Origin: Eukaryota sp. TZLM1-RC
Lineage: Eukaryota; Protista; Metamonada: BaSk clade
Direction of reading: 5' to 3'
Assembly: GCA_040285825.1 (NCBI GenBank)
Contig: JAUPSS010000007.1
Span: forward strand, 954,501 to 1,018,500
DNA length: 64,000 nt
Under the pieces are notes generated by a model. It was not told where the DNA came from and did not search any database. It saw only the letters and a list, made by a program, of their open reading frames with translations. This document shows, piece by piece, positions 1 to 11,671 of this stretch (its first letter is position 1; the number at the start of each line of letters is the position of its first letter). Position numbers and translations under genes: made by a program.

Positions 1-698
1 AACTTTCATAGGTTGGAATCATATACTTTAAGTTTATAAAAGCATCAGCACCTCCGGTTTCTTCAAACTTTTCCAGTGTTTCTTGAATCAAATCACCCAT
101 ATTCTGCCTCTTTCTCTGACCATACTCAATAAAATCATCAAGGTGGATGTTCTTGTTCTTGAAGAGATTGAGCACAGGTAAAATCTGACGATAGTATGGG
201 ACCAACGCTTCTCCAATCATGTCACCTGAAGAGACTAGTAATTGGAGAATTTCAAGCATGGTACAGATTATTTGAGGATCCCGGGTATTAAGAGCGTCTG
301 TGGTGAGGGCAAACAAACGAAGCGGACAAACTCTTGATGGGGATAATGAGTTGGGGAATGACAGGAAGAATCTTGCCTTTTCCTGCTTTTAAAAGCATCA
401 CGGTACCTTCTCGTGCCAGGAACCTGTATGGTTCTTCAATTTCGCGAAGACCATCAAAGAAAATGGGAAGATAATGGTGATAATCAAGTTGATCAATGGA
501 AATACGCCAGTGAACTTTGTTACCAGCACCAGAATGATCGATACTGACTGGAAGATCTCCTCTGTCATAGAAGCGTCGGAATTCTGTGGGAGCTATTGGT
601 CTTCTCTTATAAGCACCAGCAACTGGAGCTTTTGGACTAGGTTTCTCCTTAGGTTGACGAAGAGAGGATGAAAGTGGAATGTTGCGTGAGGTGACCAT
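1..698 (-). CDS. PACRG: Parkin co-regulated gene protein (axonemal inner junction); exons 698-332 and 297-<1, C-terminus runs off the window
   Basis: [27 protein letters not shown] and [11 protein letters not shown] motifs. Removing intron 298-331 continues NALNTRDP...[19 protein letters not shown]...[14 protein letters not shown], the conserved PACRG C-terminus. Confidence 0.95.
298..331 (-). other. 34-nt spliceosomal intron in PACRG
   Basis: GTTTGT...CCCTCACCACAG; removal restores the conserved reading frame. Confidence 0.93.
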
Positions 699-856
699 TG
701 ATATACAGGTATAAAGATGTTGACTGTTGAGCGGGGTTTACACAAAATCGTATTTCTACACCTAATTTTGGATTTCCATCTCAAACACAAACACCTATCT
801 GTTAATACATCACATAAGGATTGTACTACATCCACGATTTCGTAGCTTCATCATCA

Positions 857-1114
857 ATGGAAGATTTTGAAATTGAGGTTCTTGATTTTCATGGAACTGC
901 TTTTTGGCAATGGGACACTAAAGACCGTGATTGTTGTGGTATCTGTCACACAGCTTTTGATTCACCTTGTACGAAGTGCATATTGCCTGGTGATAATTGC
1001 CCTCCCTTATGGGGTGAATGTACCCATCCTTTTCACATGCACTGTATACTCCGCTGGTTAGAGGAGAAGATCGAATGCCCACTCTGTCGGCAGGAATTCA
1101 AGATTAAAGAATAA
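857..1114 (+). CDS. APC11: Anaphase-promoting complex subunit 11 (RING-H2), 85 aa
   Basis: WQWD..D.CGICHTAFD..C..C..PGDNCP..WGECTHPFHMHCILRWL...CPLCRQ; ATG at 857. Confidence 0.93.
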   Translation: MEDFEIEVLDFHGTAFWQWDTKDRDCCGICHTAFDSPCTKCILPGDNCPPLWGECTHPFHMHCILRWLEEKIECPLCRQEFKIKE

Positions 1115-1564
1115 TAGATACCATTCATTATTTTCTGCTGTCCTATTACTGGTTTAGTTTGTTTGTACATGTTTCCCAAATGTTATTTTTGCACCAACTT
1201 TTCTATTGGATTTTGACTTAATTCTGTGGAGTTTTAAGATTAAATACATGTGTTAGTTTGTGGTTTGTTTAAGGAAAAAACCTTTGTTCATGATTTTTTA
1301 AACACTAATATTTTGTTCTATATCCTTTTGATTGTATGTCATATGTCAGTTACTATACTTAACATCATCTGTTGACACGTGTCGACACGTGTTATGTATA
1401 ATTCCCAACACTGATTTTCCACATCGTTTGTGACTATTAACAGGTTACTTATGATCAATTCTCAATTTATTAATGAGCAGGTTCTTGATCCATCTTTTTC
1501 ATCATTATTTGTTTTGTGTCAAGAAGCTTTTGCTGTTTATTATATTATATTATATTTTTATTAA

Positions 1565-2300
1565 CAAAAATGAGATTATATTTAAATATCCCCATTAATC
1601 AATTATTATCAAAAGAAAAATGTATTTGTTCGAATTCACCTCAACTCACTTTGCGCCATGCTCTGAATTGATAACTTATCGTTCTTCACTACATGATGCT
1701 GTTAGAGACACTGTTTTCAATATGGCACAAACTGCAAGATTATCGTGTATCAAAGAGCCTCTGCTGAATGAAACACTTTCTCTGAATAATTTTGGTTCTG
1801 ATGATATAGGTGATGTATACTGTGATTGGATTGATAATTCTGAAGCTATTGTTGATTTTGTCTCATGCAATGTTGCAAATGATACTTTGGTTCGCAGAAG
1901 AAAACTTAATCCTGTGAGTGCTCTTGATTTTAAAGCAAAAGAGAAACATAGAAAATATGATAAAGATATTGAAGAGGCTAATGTCGATAGAAATACACAG
2001 CTGGTTTTTATTGCTTTCCCATTTTCGATAAATGGAAAATTATCAGTTGAAGCAGAAACTTTTTTGAATGACTTCCAAAAAATGGTGCAAGAAAAACAAT
2101 GAAAAGATTTGATATTTTTGATGGCGTTCACGGATTCAATTTGCCATTATTAATAGATCACCACGGTTTTTCAATCGAATAAGAGAAGCTTTAGCTAGAC
2201 AGCAAGCAGATCAAGATTTTGTAGAGGAAATCTTGGTTCAATGATAGTCGTTCCATTAGCTATGAGTTAATTTAATTAAGTGTGCAAATTCTATAAATTA
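1565..2300 (+). mobile_element. Non-LTR retrotransposon 3' fragment, family A (RLE endonuclease, CRE-like)
   Basis: CIC...LHDAVRD...KEPLL...GD...VDF...K.RKY motifs; frameshift near 2100; homologous copies at 17.8k, 19.4k, 22.8k/30.1k, 44.1k and 57.8k. Confidence 0.85.
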
Positions 2301-2439
2301 AATTTTTATTATATTTTATTTTTTATTCGAAAATGTTAAATAAAAAAAGTATTGTACCAAATATAAACTATAGATTCAAAGCCAAAAACATTCGTAATGA
2401 ATTAATAAATTTTACAACACAAATAAAGGCTAGGTTAAA

Positions 2440-3039
2440 TCATGTACAACAGCCAAAACTACCATTGCTGCTCTCCAGAACCATGGTGGGACGCTGACGG
2501 TATTGGGAAGTATCATTTGAGTCAAAGATCTTGCGTACAAGTTCTTCAAAAGCTTGATCAACACCTTCTCCTTCTCTAGCAGAAGTTTCAACAAAGAGAG
2601 AGTTGTGTTCTCGGGCAAAGGTTTTTCCTTGTTCTGTGTCCACTTCACGTTGAGATTCCTTGTCTATTTTGTTACCAACGGTCATGATATGTGGTGATTC
2701 TTCCCCCAAATAACGTTCTACTTCATCAAGCCAACCTTTGAGTGAAACAAAACTACTACGTTTTGTCACATCATATACCAACAGAATACCATCGGAAGAT
2801 CTGTAGAAACTGGCACAAAGGGTACGAAAGCGACATTGGCCAGCAGTGTCATAAATAGTGAGGGGTACATTCTTACCATCAATGTTGATAGTCTTGGCAC
2901 GGAAATCAATGCCAATGGTTACAGATTCATGTTCGTCAAAGTCTGCATCACAAAAGCGTTTGAGAAGGCTACTTTTACCAACTTCAGAGTCTCCTATTAT
3001 AACTATTTTGAAAGCACGGTCTTGTTGAACATCAGTCAT
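2440..3039 (-). CDS. RAB18: Rab family small GTPase, Rab18-like, 199 aa
   Basis: GDSEVGKS, TIGIDF, DTAGQ, RFRTL, GNKID, ETSAR and a C-terminal CC; likely ATG at 3039 (MTDVQQ). Subfamily assigned by eye. Confidence 0.8.
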   Translation of the reverse strand: MTDVQQDRAFKIVIIGDSEVGKSSLLKRFCDADFDEHESVTIGIDFRAKTINIDGKNVPLTIYDTAGQCRFRTLCASFYRSSDGILLVYDVTKRSSFVSLKGWLDEVERYLGEESPHIMTVGNKIDKESQREVDTEQGKTFAREHNSLFVETSAREGEGVDQAFEELVRKIFDSNDTSQYRQRPTMVLESSNGSFGCCT

Positions 3040-3121
3040 TGAAGAAGTATAAGTTGAATGAGTATTTACCTTCAAACTGAGAAGCAATTTGATAATCCTT
3101 CTTTCAGCTTTCCCCAACATC

Positions 3122-5584
3122 ATGTCCTCCTCTCTCCAAGCCATATTTATACTTCGACAAAGTACTTATGATATTGTCAAAGCCGCAAATAATTCGGAGT
3201 CATGTGATACTCCATTGTGTATAGTTAGAGTATATCCTAAAAATGAATACCTTCTTATGTTTGGGCACAAATACATGCATCACGTTTGCTGTTCAAAAGC
3301 CCATTTCAATGCTATTAACTCTAATATCACCATTGATGCATATGTGGTCAAATCTATACGGTTTAGACCAAGCCAAATCAACACAGAAAAACTCAGAACA
3401 GCCTTTTCGCAAGCACGAAAAGGAAGTCCTGTTAAAAGTACACCTGATATAACGCTAATACAACAATTATACAAGGAACATTCCAACTACAACATCTCTG
3501 TCAAGACCGCCCCCCTTCTCAATTCCACTTCTTCTTATGGTTCTCACCTTACCCCCAAGCCTGGTTTGTCTAGAAGTGCTGCCATGGTGAATGCGGTAAA
3601 GAACTCAAGTAGTACAAAGAGAAGTTCTCCTTTTCCATCTTATAGTCCTTCTTCGAAGAAAGCAAAAGTCGAAAGCACGTTGTTTCCAACAAGTCCTAAC
3701 CCTAACCCTAAATTTGAAAGTAAGTTAGATGTTGGATCCCCGCTAGGGTCTCCAGTTGCCACTACAGCAACAATCAAATCACCAATCACGTCACCAATCA
3801 AATCTTCGATCAAATCTCAACTCTTGACACCAATCAAATCTCCAATCCAACCGTCAATCAAAACTCCCAAAACATCTGGTTTTGTTAATTCTGGTAATAA
3901 TTGCTATATCAATTCAATATTATCTTTGCTACTATCATCTCCTTTATTTGTTGAGTATTTTAAAACCGATCAATACACATTAAATAGCTTTCCTGATGAC
4001 GTGGCACCCGTTGTCAAGTCTCTTGTGGGCATCAATCAAAATTTTTCATCAATCAAAAGTCGAGCAATCAAATCAGATCAACTAAGAGCAATGATTGGTA
4101 ATTATTTCCAAAAATATCTTTCATTTGTTCAGCAAGATGCACATGAATTTTTAATTAGTTTGTTATACATAATTGATCAAGAATTAATTGGTGTTCGAAA
4201 AGCAAGTATTTCAAAAGATGAGTTTCTATCACGTTGTCACGGTCAGAATAGGTCAGAATTGGCAAGACTGTGCAGGACCTTGAAAATTTCCCATTCTTTT
4301 GTTACTTGCGGGTTTAAATTTTCGACAGTCAATCAATTCAAGTGTCAACAATGCGGCAATATTTCAACGTCGAGATCAACTTTAATGGACCTGACCCTGC
4401 CAATCGACTCTGGGTCACAATCTATCGAAGAATTGATTGGTCGTCGGTTTTCAACAGAAGTTGTCGAGAAACGCTGTGGTTCTCAATGTTCTGGAACTAA
4501 AGCATTTAAAAGTGAATTTTTTGAATCGTGTCCCAATCTATTTGCCATTTGTCTCAAAAGGATTAGTGAATTTGGTGTGAAGAATAATTCACCAGTGAAT
4601 ATTCCAAAAGTTCTTGACATTACCAAATTTTCGTCATCAGATCTCTATCACGTCAGCAAGCGTGATACAGTCAATCTCGCATTCTCCCCATCCGAGGTCT
4701 TTGAATACAGTCAACCATGTGCAATGATGCCCACATCACCATCGGCAACTCTTCGCGGTGGGGGAGCAGTGCCACGTCATCAGGGTCAAAAAAGAGGTCA
4801 AAAAAGAACAAAGAAGGAGTCTATCAACACACATGGAGTCAAGACCAATTGGAACAAAAAATACAAGAATTCCACTAAATGCTGTTCACCTCCACCTCCC
4901 CAAATTAAACCCAGAGCTGATACTGTCAGTGAAGCGTTGGAGCTACGAGAGCAAGCAGCAGTGGACACCTCACACCCTGCTTTTAGCTACAGGAAAGTAG
5001 AAGATGAAGATATTGAATCTTTATATGAACCTGTCACTACGGTTTCAACTAAGCTTGATGATGGTTATGCTACTGGTAATAAGGTGCTGAGCCGACAGCG
5101 GAGGGCAGTACTAAAACACAAGGCTAGGGTGATTGAACAACAAACGCAGAAGGAAGAAGAATTGAGAACAGAAATGGAGAAAAAAGCAAAAGAGCGGTTG
5201 GAATGGGAGCAGATGTTTGTGAAGAAGGAGGTCAAAAAGGAAAGTGATTTGATTGATTGTGACTCAGTTGATGACGTAATTGATGATGTGATACAGACTG
5301 ATCAACTTCCAGAACACTATCCTGAAAGTGAAGATTTATTGGATTTAGGCAGTCAACCAATCAATCAAAATCAACCACCAGTTTTTAACCTCGTTGGGGT
5401 TGTCTGTCACAATGGAGTTGCCTCTGAAGGCCACTACATTTGCTATACTCACAACCCCCAATCAACTAAATGGACCTTATTCGATTGTTTACATAATATT
5501 TGTGAAATTAATTTGAACGAAGAGGCCGAGGAAAAAATGGCTAAATTTGGTTATCTTTGTCTTTATGAAAAAAAGGCATTTTAA
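3122..5584 (+). CDS. Ubiquitin-specific protease (peptidase C19) with a large internal insertion, ~820 aa
   Basis: Cys box GFVNSGNNCYINS, QQDAHEFL, His box VVCHNG..SEGHYICY, and W..FD. Confidence 0.92.
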   Translation: MSSSLQAIFILRQSTYDIVKAANNSESCDTPLCIVRVYPKNEYLLMFGHKYMHHVCCSKAHFNAINSNITIDAYVVKSIRFRPSQINTEKLRTAFSQARKGSPVKSTPDITLIQQLYKEHSNYNISVKTAPLLNSTSSYGSHLTPKPGLSRSAAMVNAVKNSSSTKRSSPFPSYSPSSKKAKVESTLFPTSPNPNPKFESKLDVGSPLGSPVATTATIKSPITSPIKSSIKSQLLTPIKSPIQPSIKTPKTSGFVNSGNNCYINSILSLLLSSPLFVEYFKTDQYTLNSFPDDVAPVVKSLVGINQNFSSIKSRAIKSDQLRAMIGNYFQKYLSFVQQDAHEFLISLLYIIDQELIGVRKASISKDEFLSRCHGQNRSELARLCRTLKISHSFVTCGFKFSTVNQFKCQQCGNISTSRSTLMDLTLPIDSGSQSIEELIGRRFSTEVVEKRCGSQCSGTKAFKSEFFESCPNLFAICLKRISEFGVKNNSPVNIPKVLDITKFSSSDLYHVSKRDTVNLAFSPSEVFEYSQPCAMMPTSPSATLRGGGAVPRHQGQKRGQKRTKKESINTHGVKTNWNKKYKNSTKCCSPPPPQIKPRADTVSEALELREQAAVDTSHPAFSYRKVEDEDIESLYEPVTTVSTKLDDGYATGNKVLSRQRRAVLKHKARVIEQQTQKEEELRTEMEKKAKERLEWEQMFVKKEVKKESDLIDCDSVDDVIDDVIQTDQLPEHYPESEDLLDLGSQPINQNQPPVFNLVGVVCHNGVASEGHYICYTHNPQSTKWTLFDCLHNICEINLNEEAEEKMAKFGYLCLYEKKAF

Positions 5585-5652
5585 AATATAAATAATATAG
5601 TTTTTTATTAATTAATTTAAAGATCAATCAATTTGTCAATTGATTTGATTGA

Positions 5653-7218
5653 TCAAACACCTTCATAAACTGACATTTGGCCGAAAATGTCACTCATATC
5701 TGGTAAATTTGGGTTTGCAAATCCAAAGCTGAAAAACTTACATCTTGGAACTCTATCTTTTAAATCAGATGGATCCAAATTTTTGAATAACTTTACGAAT
5801 TTTTCAGAATATCCTTCCGTTACATCTAATACCAAGGTCTTGACTCTTGGGAATAGAGGTAGTCCCTTGATGCTTTCTCCAAGTTTAGAGATGGTCAGAG
5901 TTGTTACATTTGCTGAAGGAGCTTTTTTCAAAATATTCATTGGTGCAGTCAATGTTGTCACAAATTCCAAAAATTTCAAATTTGACAACTGTAGGCTCGG
6001 ACACTGCTCAATCACGACTTTCCATAAACGTAAAAACGTCTTTCCCGCCCCTTTTAATGATTGCAAACGTCTACAACTACTAACTTCCAACGACTCCAAA
6101 GTCGGCATGTTGGTTAAATCAATAGACCTCATTTCATTGCAATGCGCCATTGAAAAATGTTTTATACTAAACATATACTCGCAAAAAAACATTGGAACTT
6201 CGAAATTTCCAATAATATTTAGTTCAGTGATCTTCTGTACCCCTTTTTGAACATGCGGCAGATGTGCGGAAACGAACTGAAGAGCAGTGACTGAGAATTT
6301 GCTGACTGAATTAAATGTTTCTAGTTTCATTTGTTGGAAACATCTCAAGTTAGGCAGTATTAGAGACAAAGTTTCTAGATAACAATCATCATGGAGATTT
6401 GGGAATTCCTGGAGTTGAGATCCATTGAGGTTTAAGTCTAGTTCTTGCAGAAAAGCCATTTTTTCCAAACCAGTGACGGAAATCTCAAATCTGTAAGGAA
6501 GTTCTCGACAATCAAGTTTCAGTCGTGTCAACTTCCAGAATTTTGAAAAATCACATGCCTTGATCCTATCTTCCTGTAAATTGAGCTCCAGATCAGTAAC
6601 ATGTACAAATGTGTCGACCAAGTTTACTAAATTTTCATTATAGCTTCTTACAGTGGAAATTTTCAAACTTCGAATATTTCGAACCAGACAAGGTGACACA
6701 CTGAATGAGCTCTCAGGAGGGTCGTGTGAAAATTTTAGACTAATTGACCTTAATTTTGGAAATAAAAAATCATCAGACCTCAAAAGATAAAAGGTCTGGT
6801 CAATGCTATTCTCAATCGATATACCCTCGACCCTGGGAAAAGGTTCAAAAAAGAAAGATTCGTCAAATGAGATAATAGGAAGGTACATATTATGCTGTCG
6901 GGTAAGATACCGGAAGAGACGGTGGTTAGGACTGAGAGGGACATTGCATTTAGACAGATACTCTTGGGCAACATCCATGGAGGTGTCTCTGAAATTGATA
7001 GAGACTCTAGAAAACTTAGCGAGGAAGCATCGAGTGATGGCTGGAGGTGCCATAGATTCGACATCTGGTATTGCATGACTCATGTACGACCTCATAAGCT
7101 TACGAACGAGAGGTGGGATAAAGTGTACTGAATGTGTAATGTTGCTAGTTGTTGGTGCAACCATCTGGGAAGGATGCGGTGCTCGGGAGTTCTTCTTTGA
7201 TCGTTTTTTACGTCCCAT
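5653..7218 (-). CDS. Leucine-rich-repeat protein, 521 aa
   Basis: Repeated LxxLxL units (LTRLKLD, LQELDLN, LETLSLI, LESLEVSSC). Confidence 0.75.
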   Translation of the reverse strand: MGRKKRSKKNSRAPHPSQMVAPTTSNITHSVHFIPPLVRKLMRSYMSHAIPDVESMAPPAITRCFLAKFSRVSINFRDTSMDVAQEYLSKCNVPLSPNHRLFRYLTRQHNMYLPIISFDESFFFEPFPRVEGISIENSIDQTFYLLRSDDFLFPKLRSISLKFSHDPPESSFSVSPCLVRNIRSLKISTVRSYNENLVNLVDTFVHVTDLELNLQEDRIKACDFSKFWKLTRLKLDCRELPYRFEISVTGLEKMAFLQELDLNLNGSQLQEFPNLHDDCYLETLSLILPNLRCFQQMKLETFNSVSKFSVTALQFVSAHLPHVQKGVQKITELNIIGNFEVPMFFCEYMFSIKHFSMAHCNEMRSIDLTNMPTLESLEVSSCRRLQSLKGAGKTFLRLWKVVIEQCPSLQLSNLKFLEFVTTLTAPMNILKKAPSANVTTLTISKLGESIKGLPLFPRVKTLVLDVTEGYSEKFVKLFKNLDPSDLKDRVPRCKFFSFGFANPNLPDMSDIFGQMSVYEGV

Positions 7219-7448
7219 TGTTAGAGATATTGACTATTGTGGAGAAACAAGATTTGGAGTGGTTAACAAATTATCAAGATAAAGATAGGGGTCAAGCCCA
7301 ATTGAAACCTCACTTTCCACTTGCAGCTACTGGAGACAATCTCTATCAAAAAAAAAATAAAATCACTATCAAAAAGAGTCTTTCAATTCTTGTTTAAAAA
7401 ACACAGTTCTATACAACAACTATTTTCGATAACAGGGAATACCCTCAA

Positions 7449-7625
7449 GGTTAGAATGTACCCCTCACTATTTATGACACTGCTGGCCAATCACATATAT
7501 CATGACCGTTGGTAACAAAGTAGACAAGGTATCTCAACGTGAAGTGGCACAGAACAAGGAAAATCCTTGGCCGAGGAACACAACTCTCTCTTTGTTGAAA
7601 CTTCTGCTAGAGAAGGATAAAGTGT
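7449..7625 (+). pseudogene. Inverted, internally deleted fragment of the Rab gene at 2440-3039
   Basis: Near-identical to the reverse complement of ~2563-2877, with a ~138-nt deletion, small indels and a stop. Confidence 0.9.
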
Positions 7626-7719
7626 AATAACTTTTTTTTGACACTACTGAATACCCTCTAGTTAAACAAAATATTTTGCACAATCTTTTCTTTGTTTGTA
7701 TTTTCGATACGTAATTTAT

Positions 7720-8920
7720 TAAAACAATATTGTAAAAAACTAAAAATCAATCTCCTCAAATTCTACATTCACTATTGAAAACTTACCTACAACAATTTCT
7801 TCATAAAATTTTCCTAGTGATAACAATGAGCTACAAACAAGACTATACATTCCCTTAAAATTAGAAAATACAATTCTGTTTTGCCAAAGGATTCGGTCAA
7901 AGATTTTCCCAGTCCTATTTCTGACAATTGATGAGAAATCGTTGCAAAAAAGATACCGCAGCTTTACCCAAGGTTCCAAAAAAGGAAAAGGAAAAGGACA
8001 ACGAAGGTATTGAGTATGTGAGTTGGAATTCAGATTATTGATGTTTTCTGTGTACATGATAATTTTCGCTTCTTCAGCACTACGTAAAGGTGAATTATAA
8101 GATTGTGCAAGTTTTTCATTTGAGCTGTTTGAGGCATCAGTAGATCTGACATCAATAATGATCGATCATTGATCCATCGAGTCCGGGAACTAGCACATCA
8201 CGGCAGCTATCACCAAAAGAATTTCTGTCAGATTCATCAGCCTAATTTGAAAGCAAAGGTTTTAAAATAGATTCAATCTCGTAGCACTTAAACTTACAAT
8301 AGAGCTGATGACGAACTGCATCAGGCACTTTTGATCTAAAAGCAATAAATCGATTGCATTTAAATAAATGGGTTGGAGTGACAGACTTTCCACATTTACA
8401 AATTAATCTATGAGCAAGATTATCAGGCCAAATATAAGATCGAAGGCGCATAGATAATAAAAAGCAAGGGTCATTGAGAAACAAACCATAAATTCTTGGT
8501 AATTGATTAATTAAACAAGAGGCAAAACTATCACAAAGACCCAGTAAAATGTTTGCAAAAGCGGGGATTTTTTTACTTGGCCATACTAAGACGTACTTCA
8601 TAATGCAATCCTTCAAATATTACTTTCAGTTTTTGTTGAAGTTTCTTCACACAATACCTTAAATTGACCAAATTTCGTGGAGGAATCTCTTGAACTGAGT
8701 CGGGAAATCATTGACACCAAATTTCTGGTGCAATTTTATTAATAGCAACATCAAGGTCATACAAATATTTTGAAAATGATGGACTAAGCAAATGAATATC
8801 TTCTGGAAAACGATTGAAAAATACAAAAGTACACAATTTTTGCCACCACCAACAAAAGCTGCTTGACAAAGAATAAATGCTTCAGTGTTTCAGTGTTTTC
8901 TTTTTCTATTCTATAAACAA
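7720..8920 (-). mobile_element. Degenerate non-LTR retrotransposon 3' part, family C (RLE)
   Basis: ICKCGK..T..HL..C...FRSKV.DAVR.QLY...; WQNRIVF...EEIDF*; multiple frameshifts. Confidence 0.8.
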
Positions 8921-9076
8921 TGTCAGAAACATAGTTAATATGTGCTGTAATGTAGAACTCCTTTTGGAACATGAACCTACTGAGCAGTTACCTCATTAAA
9001 CTTCAATTATGTGATTTCGATTTGGATATTGTTAATTTCATTTGTTTCATTTGTATTCAATTTTGAAATACATCTA

Positions 9077-9693
9077 CACCCTTTAACTTAATTAGTGTGA
9101 GTGTCAGTGCGAAATTAATGTCACTCACATTAATTTAATTTAGGTGTGGTGAAATTTGAGGATGTAATGACATTAATTTGGAACATGAAACTATGTCATA
9201 TTCTTTCCTACTGTTTCGGTTTTATACTGTTGTAGTAAAGTTTTTGATAAAATTTAGCTGTATTTTTAAGTTCTTGTCATAATTTGTTCTTTATTATGCA
9301 ATTCCGATCACCTATTCAAGCTTTTTTCACTCGAATATCCACTATTCAGTCATTTTAACTATTGAAAAAGTCAACAAAATCCGAAATAAAGACGGTTTGA
9401 CCTATGCAAGAGTGGCCATGATCCGCTATGGACTTGCACTCAATGTTACGGGTTGGGAAGTTTGTCAACTGTGGCCTGTGTTGCAAAACATTGTACGATT
9501 ACACAATGTCCACTTTGAAGGTAAACCACTAGGAAATTGGTTTTTGGAAATTAGTTAAATAAACAATAAATTAATTTATGAAGTTGGTGACATTAATTCG
9601 GAACTTTCCAAATTGATGTCACTTTTATTAATTTGGACACAATTTAATTTATGTAAGTTCGAGAATAATGTGAGGTAATTAAGGTAAACGGTG
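9077..9693. mobile_element. Non-autonomous Tc1/pogo-like DNA transposon with a transposase C-terminal remnant
   Basis: 18-bp TIR CACCCTTTAACTTAATTA vs CACCGTTTACCTTAATTA (16/18) with TA at the left end; subterminal GACATTAATT.GGAAC repeats in both orientations; internal frame KDGLTYARVAMIRYGLALNVTGWEVCQL...HFEG. Confidence 0.65.
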
Positions 9694-10409
9694 AAGTAAA
9701 ATTGTGTTTCGTAGACCATGGAATCATCTAAGCTTTGGAGAAGCCACGTTTGCAGTTGGATTTACCTTATTTGATTACCATTTTAACGTTTTATTATATT
9801 ATATTATTATATAAATTCATGAGGTATGGTATTTGTGAATAACCAGCAACTTTCCAAAAAAATCCTTCTTTATGTGGAAAAGAAAATGCTAATGTGAACA
9901 TTGTTATTAAGGAATTTATCAAAGATTGCATATGTTGGATGAAAACAACAGGAAATCAATAGAACGATTCGTTAGTGGTTTTGATGTTTCCTAAACAGAA
10001 TTTCCTCTGTTTACAATGTTTTAACTGAAGAAAAAACAGAGAAATCATATCTTTTCCATTTTCGAATGCCCATGGTAACCCACAAATTACACTTCTATTT
10101 CTTGACAATTGATTAATCTCGTGTTCACCTAAGCCAATGTTACCTACCCTGACGTATTTACTCAATCACATTTTGGGACAACTAAATGAAACTTAGAACA
10201 AAATGAATATGATTTATTGTAATTGATGATATAAAACACAACTCTTGATTACCAGAATTAATATACAATTCCAATCCCTCAACTTTGTTGATCTGAAAAC
10301 TGCAAATAAAAAGTCCCAGATATGTAAAATGAATAAAGATGCTTTATCGTGAAGTTCGATAAAAAGAATTATAAAAGAAAAGCCCACTACTATTTATTCA
10401 CGACTCACA

Positions 10410-11671
10410 CTATATATACATATCTGCTGGTATATTCTCTTCCTTCCTATGCATCACCTTGTCCATCGCCTCTTTAAGATCTGCATGTGTGACCTTCATG
10501 CTACGCTTCCTGAGAGCCAAGAGACCAGCTTCTGAACAAATAGCTTTGATGTCAGCACCAGACAAATCTTGTTTTGTCTGGACAAATTCTTCTAAATTGA
10601 CATCCTTATCAAGAGTCATTTTCTTGGTGTGAATATTGAAAATCATTCGCTTTGTATTGGCATCTGGCATTGGAAACTCAATCTTCCTATCAATTCTACC
10701 AGGTCTAATCAAAGCGGGATCTAGAGAGTCTATTCTATTGGTTGCCATGACCACCTTGACATCACCCCTGCTTTCAAAACCGTCAAGCTGGTTGAGAAGT
10801 TCAAGCATGGTTCTTTGGATTTCACGTTCTCCCGAGCTCTGAGAATCGTACCTTTTGGTACCAATAGCGTCAATCTCGTCAATAAAGACAATGGCAGGAG
10901 CCATTTCCTTGGCGGCCTTAAACAATTCCCGAACAAGCTTGGGTCCCTCACCAAGGTACTTTTGAATGAGTTCAGATCCAACAACACGGAGGAAAGTGGC
11001 TGAGGTTTCATTAGCAACGGCCTTGGCGAGCAGAGTTTTACCTGTTCCTGTGATGAGTAAAAAACCATGAGATTAACCATACCTGGGGCTCCATAGAGAA
11101 TAACTCCCTTGGGAGGAGCAATACCAATATCTTCGTAAAGCTCGGGGTTAGTGAGAGGCAGTTCAACAGCCTCTTTTAGTTCTTGTACTTGATCATCCAA
11201 GCCTCCCACATCAGCATATGTTTCTTCTGGTGCAGTCTCCACCTTCATCACGGATACCATTGGATCAGTTTCGTCATCGAGCACGCCCACAACAGCATGA
11301 GTCTTGTTGTGGATCAGTACACTGCATCCCGGAACCAAAAGATCACGATCTACAAAAGACATTATAGGGACATAAAACTCAGCACCCACGGATATGGATA
11401 TGATGCAATGGCTATCGGAGACAAGTTCTTCTAGTTGACCCACTTGCAGTGGAGAACCACGAATTTCGTCAAGCTTGGTCTTTGTTTCTTCTGCACGGAT
11501 GCCATAGAACTCAGCATGAGCATCCACAAGTTCTTGTTCCATTGTAAGATAATCTTTGACACGTTCCAATCGAAGTTTGCGAAGAAGACATTTAGAAGAA
11601 GGGTGTACCTGTGGAACTTTAGAAGCGGCTTCAGGACCGCGAGGACGTCTAGCTGCTTTTGCGGAAGTCAT
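10410..11671 (-). CDS. RPT2: 26S proteasome AAA-ATPase subunit Rpt2/PSMC1; exons 11671-11083 and 11047-10410, 408 aa
   Basis: Walker A GAPGTGKT restored by splicing; [39 protein letters not shown]; C-terminal HbYX motif (MYI). Confidence 0.96.
11048..11082 (-). other. 35-nt spliceosomal intron in RPT2
   Basis: GTATGG...TACTCATCACAG, splitting the Walker A motif. Confidence 0.95.
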
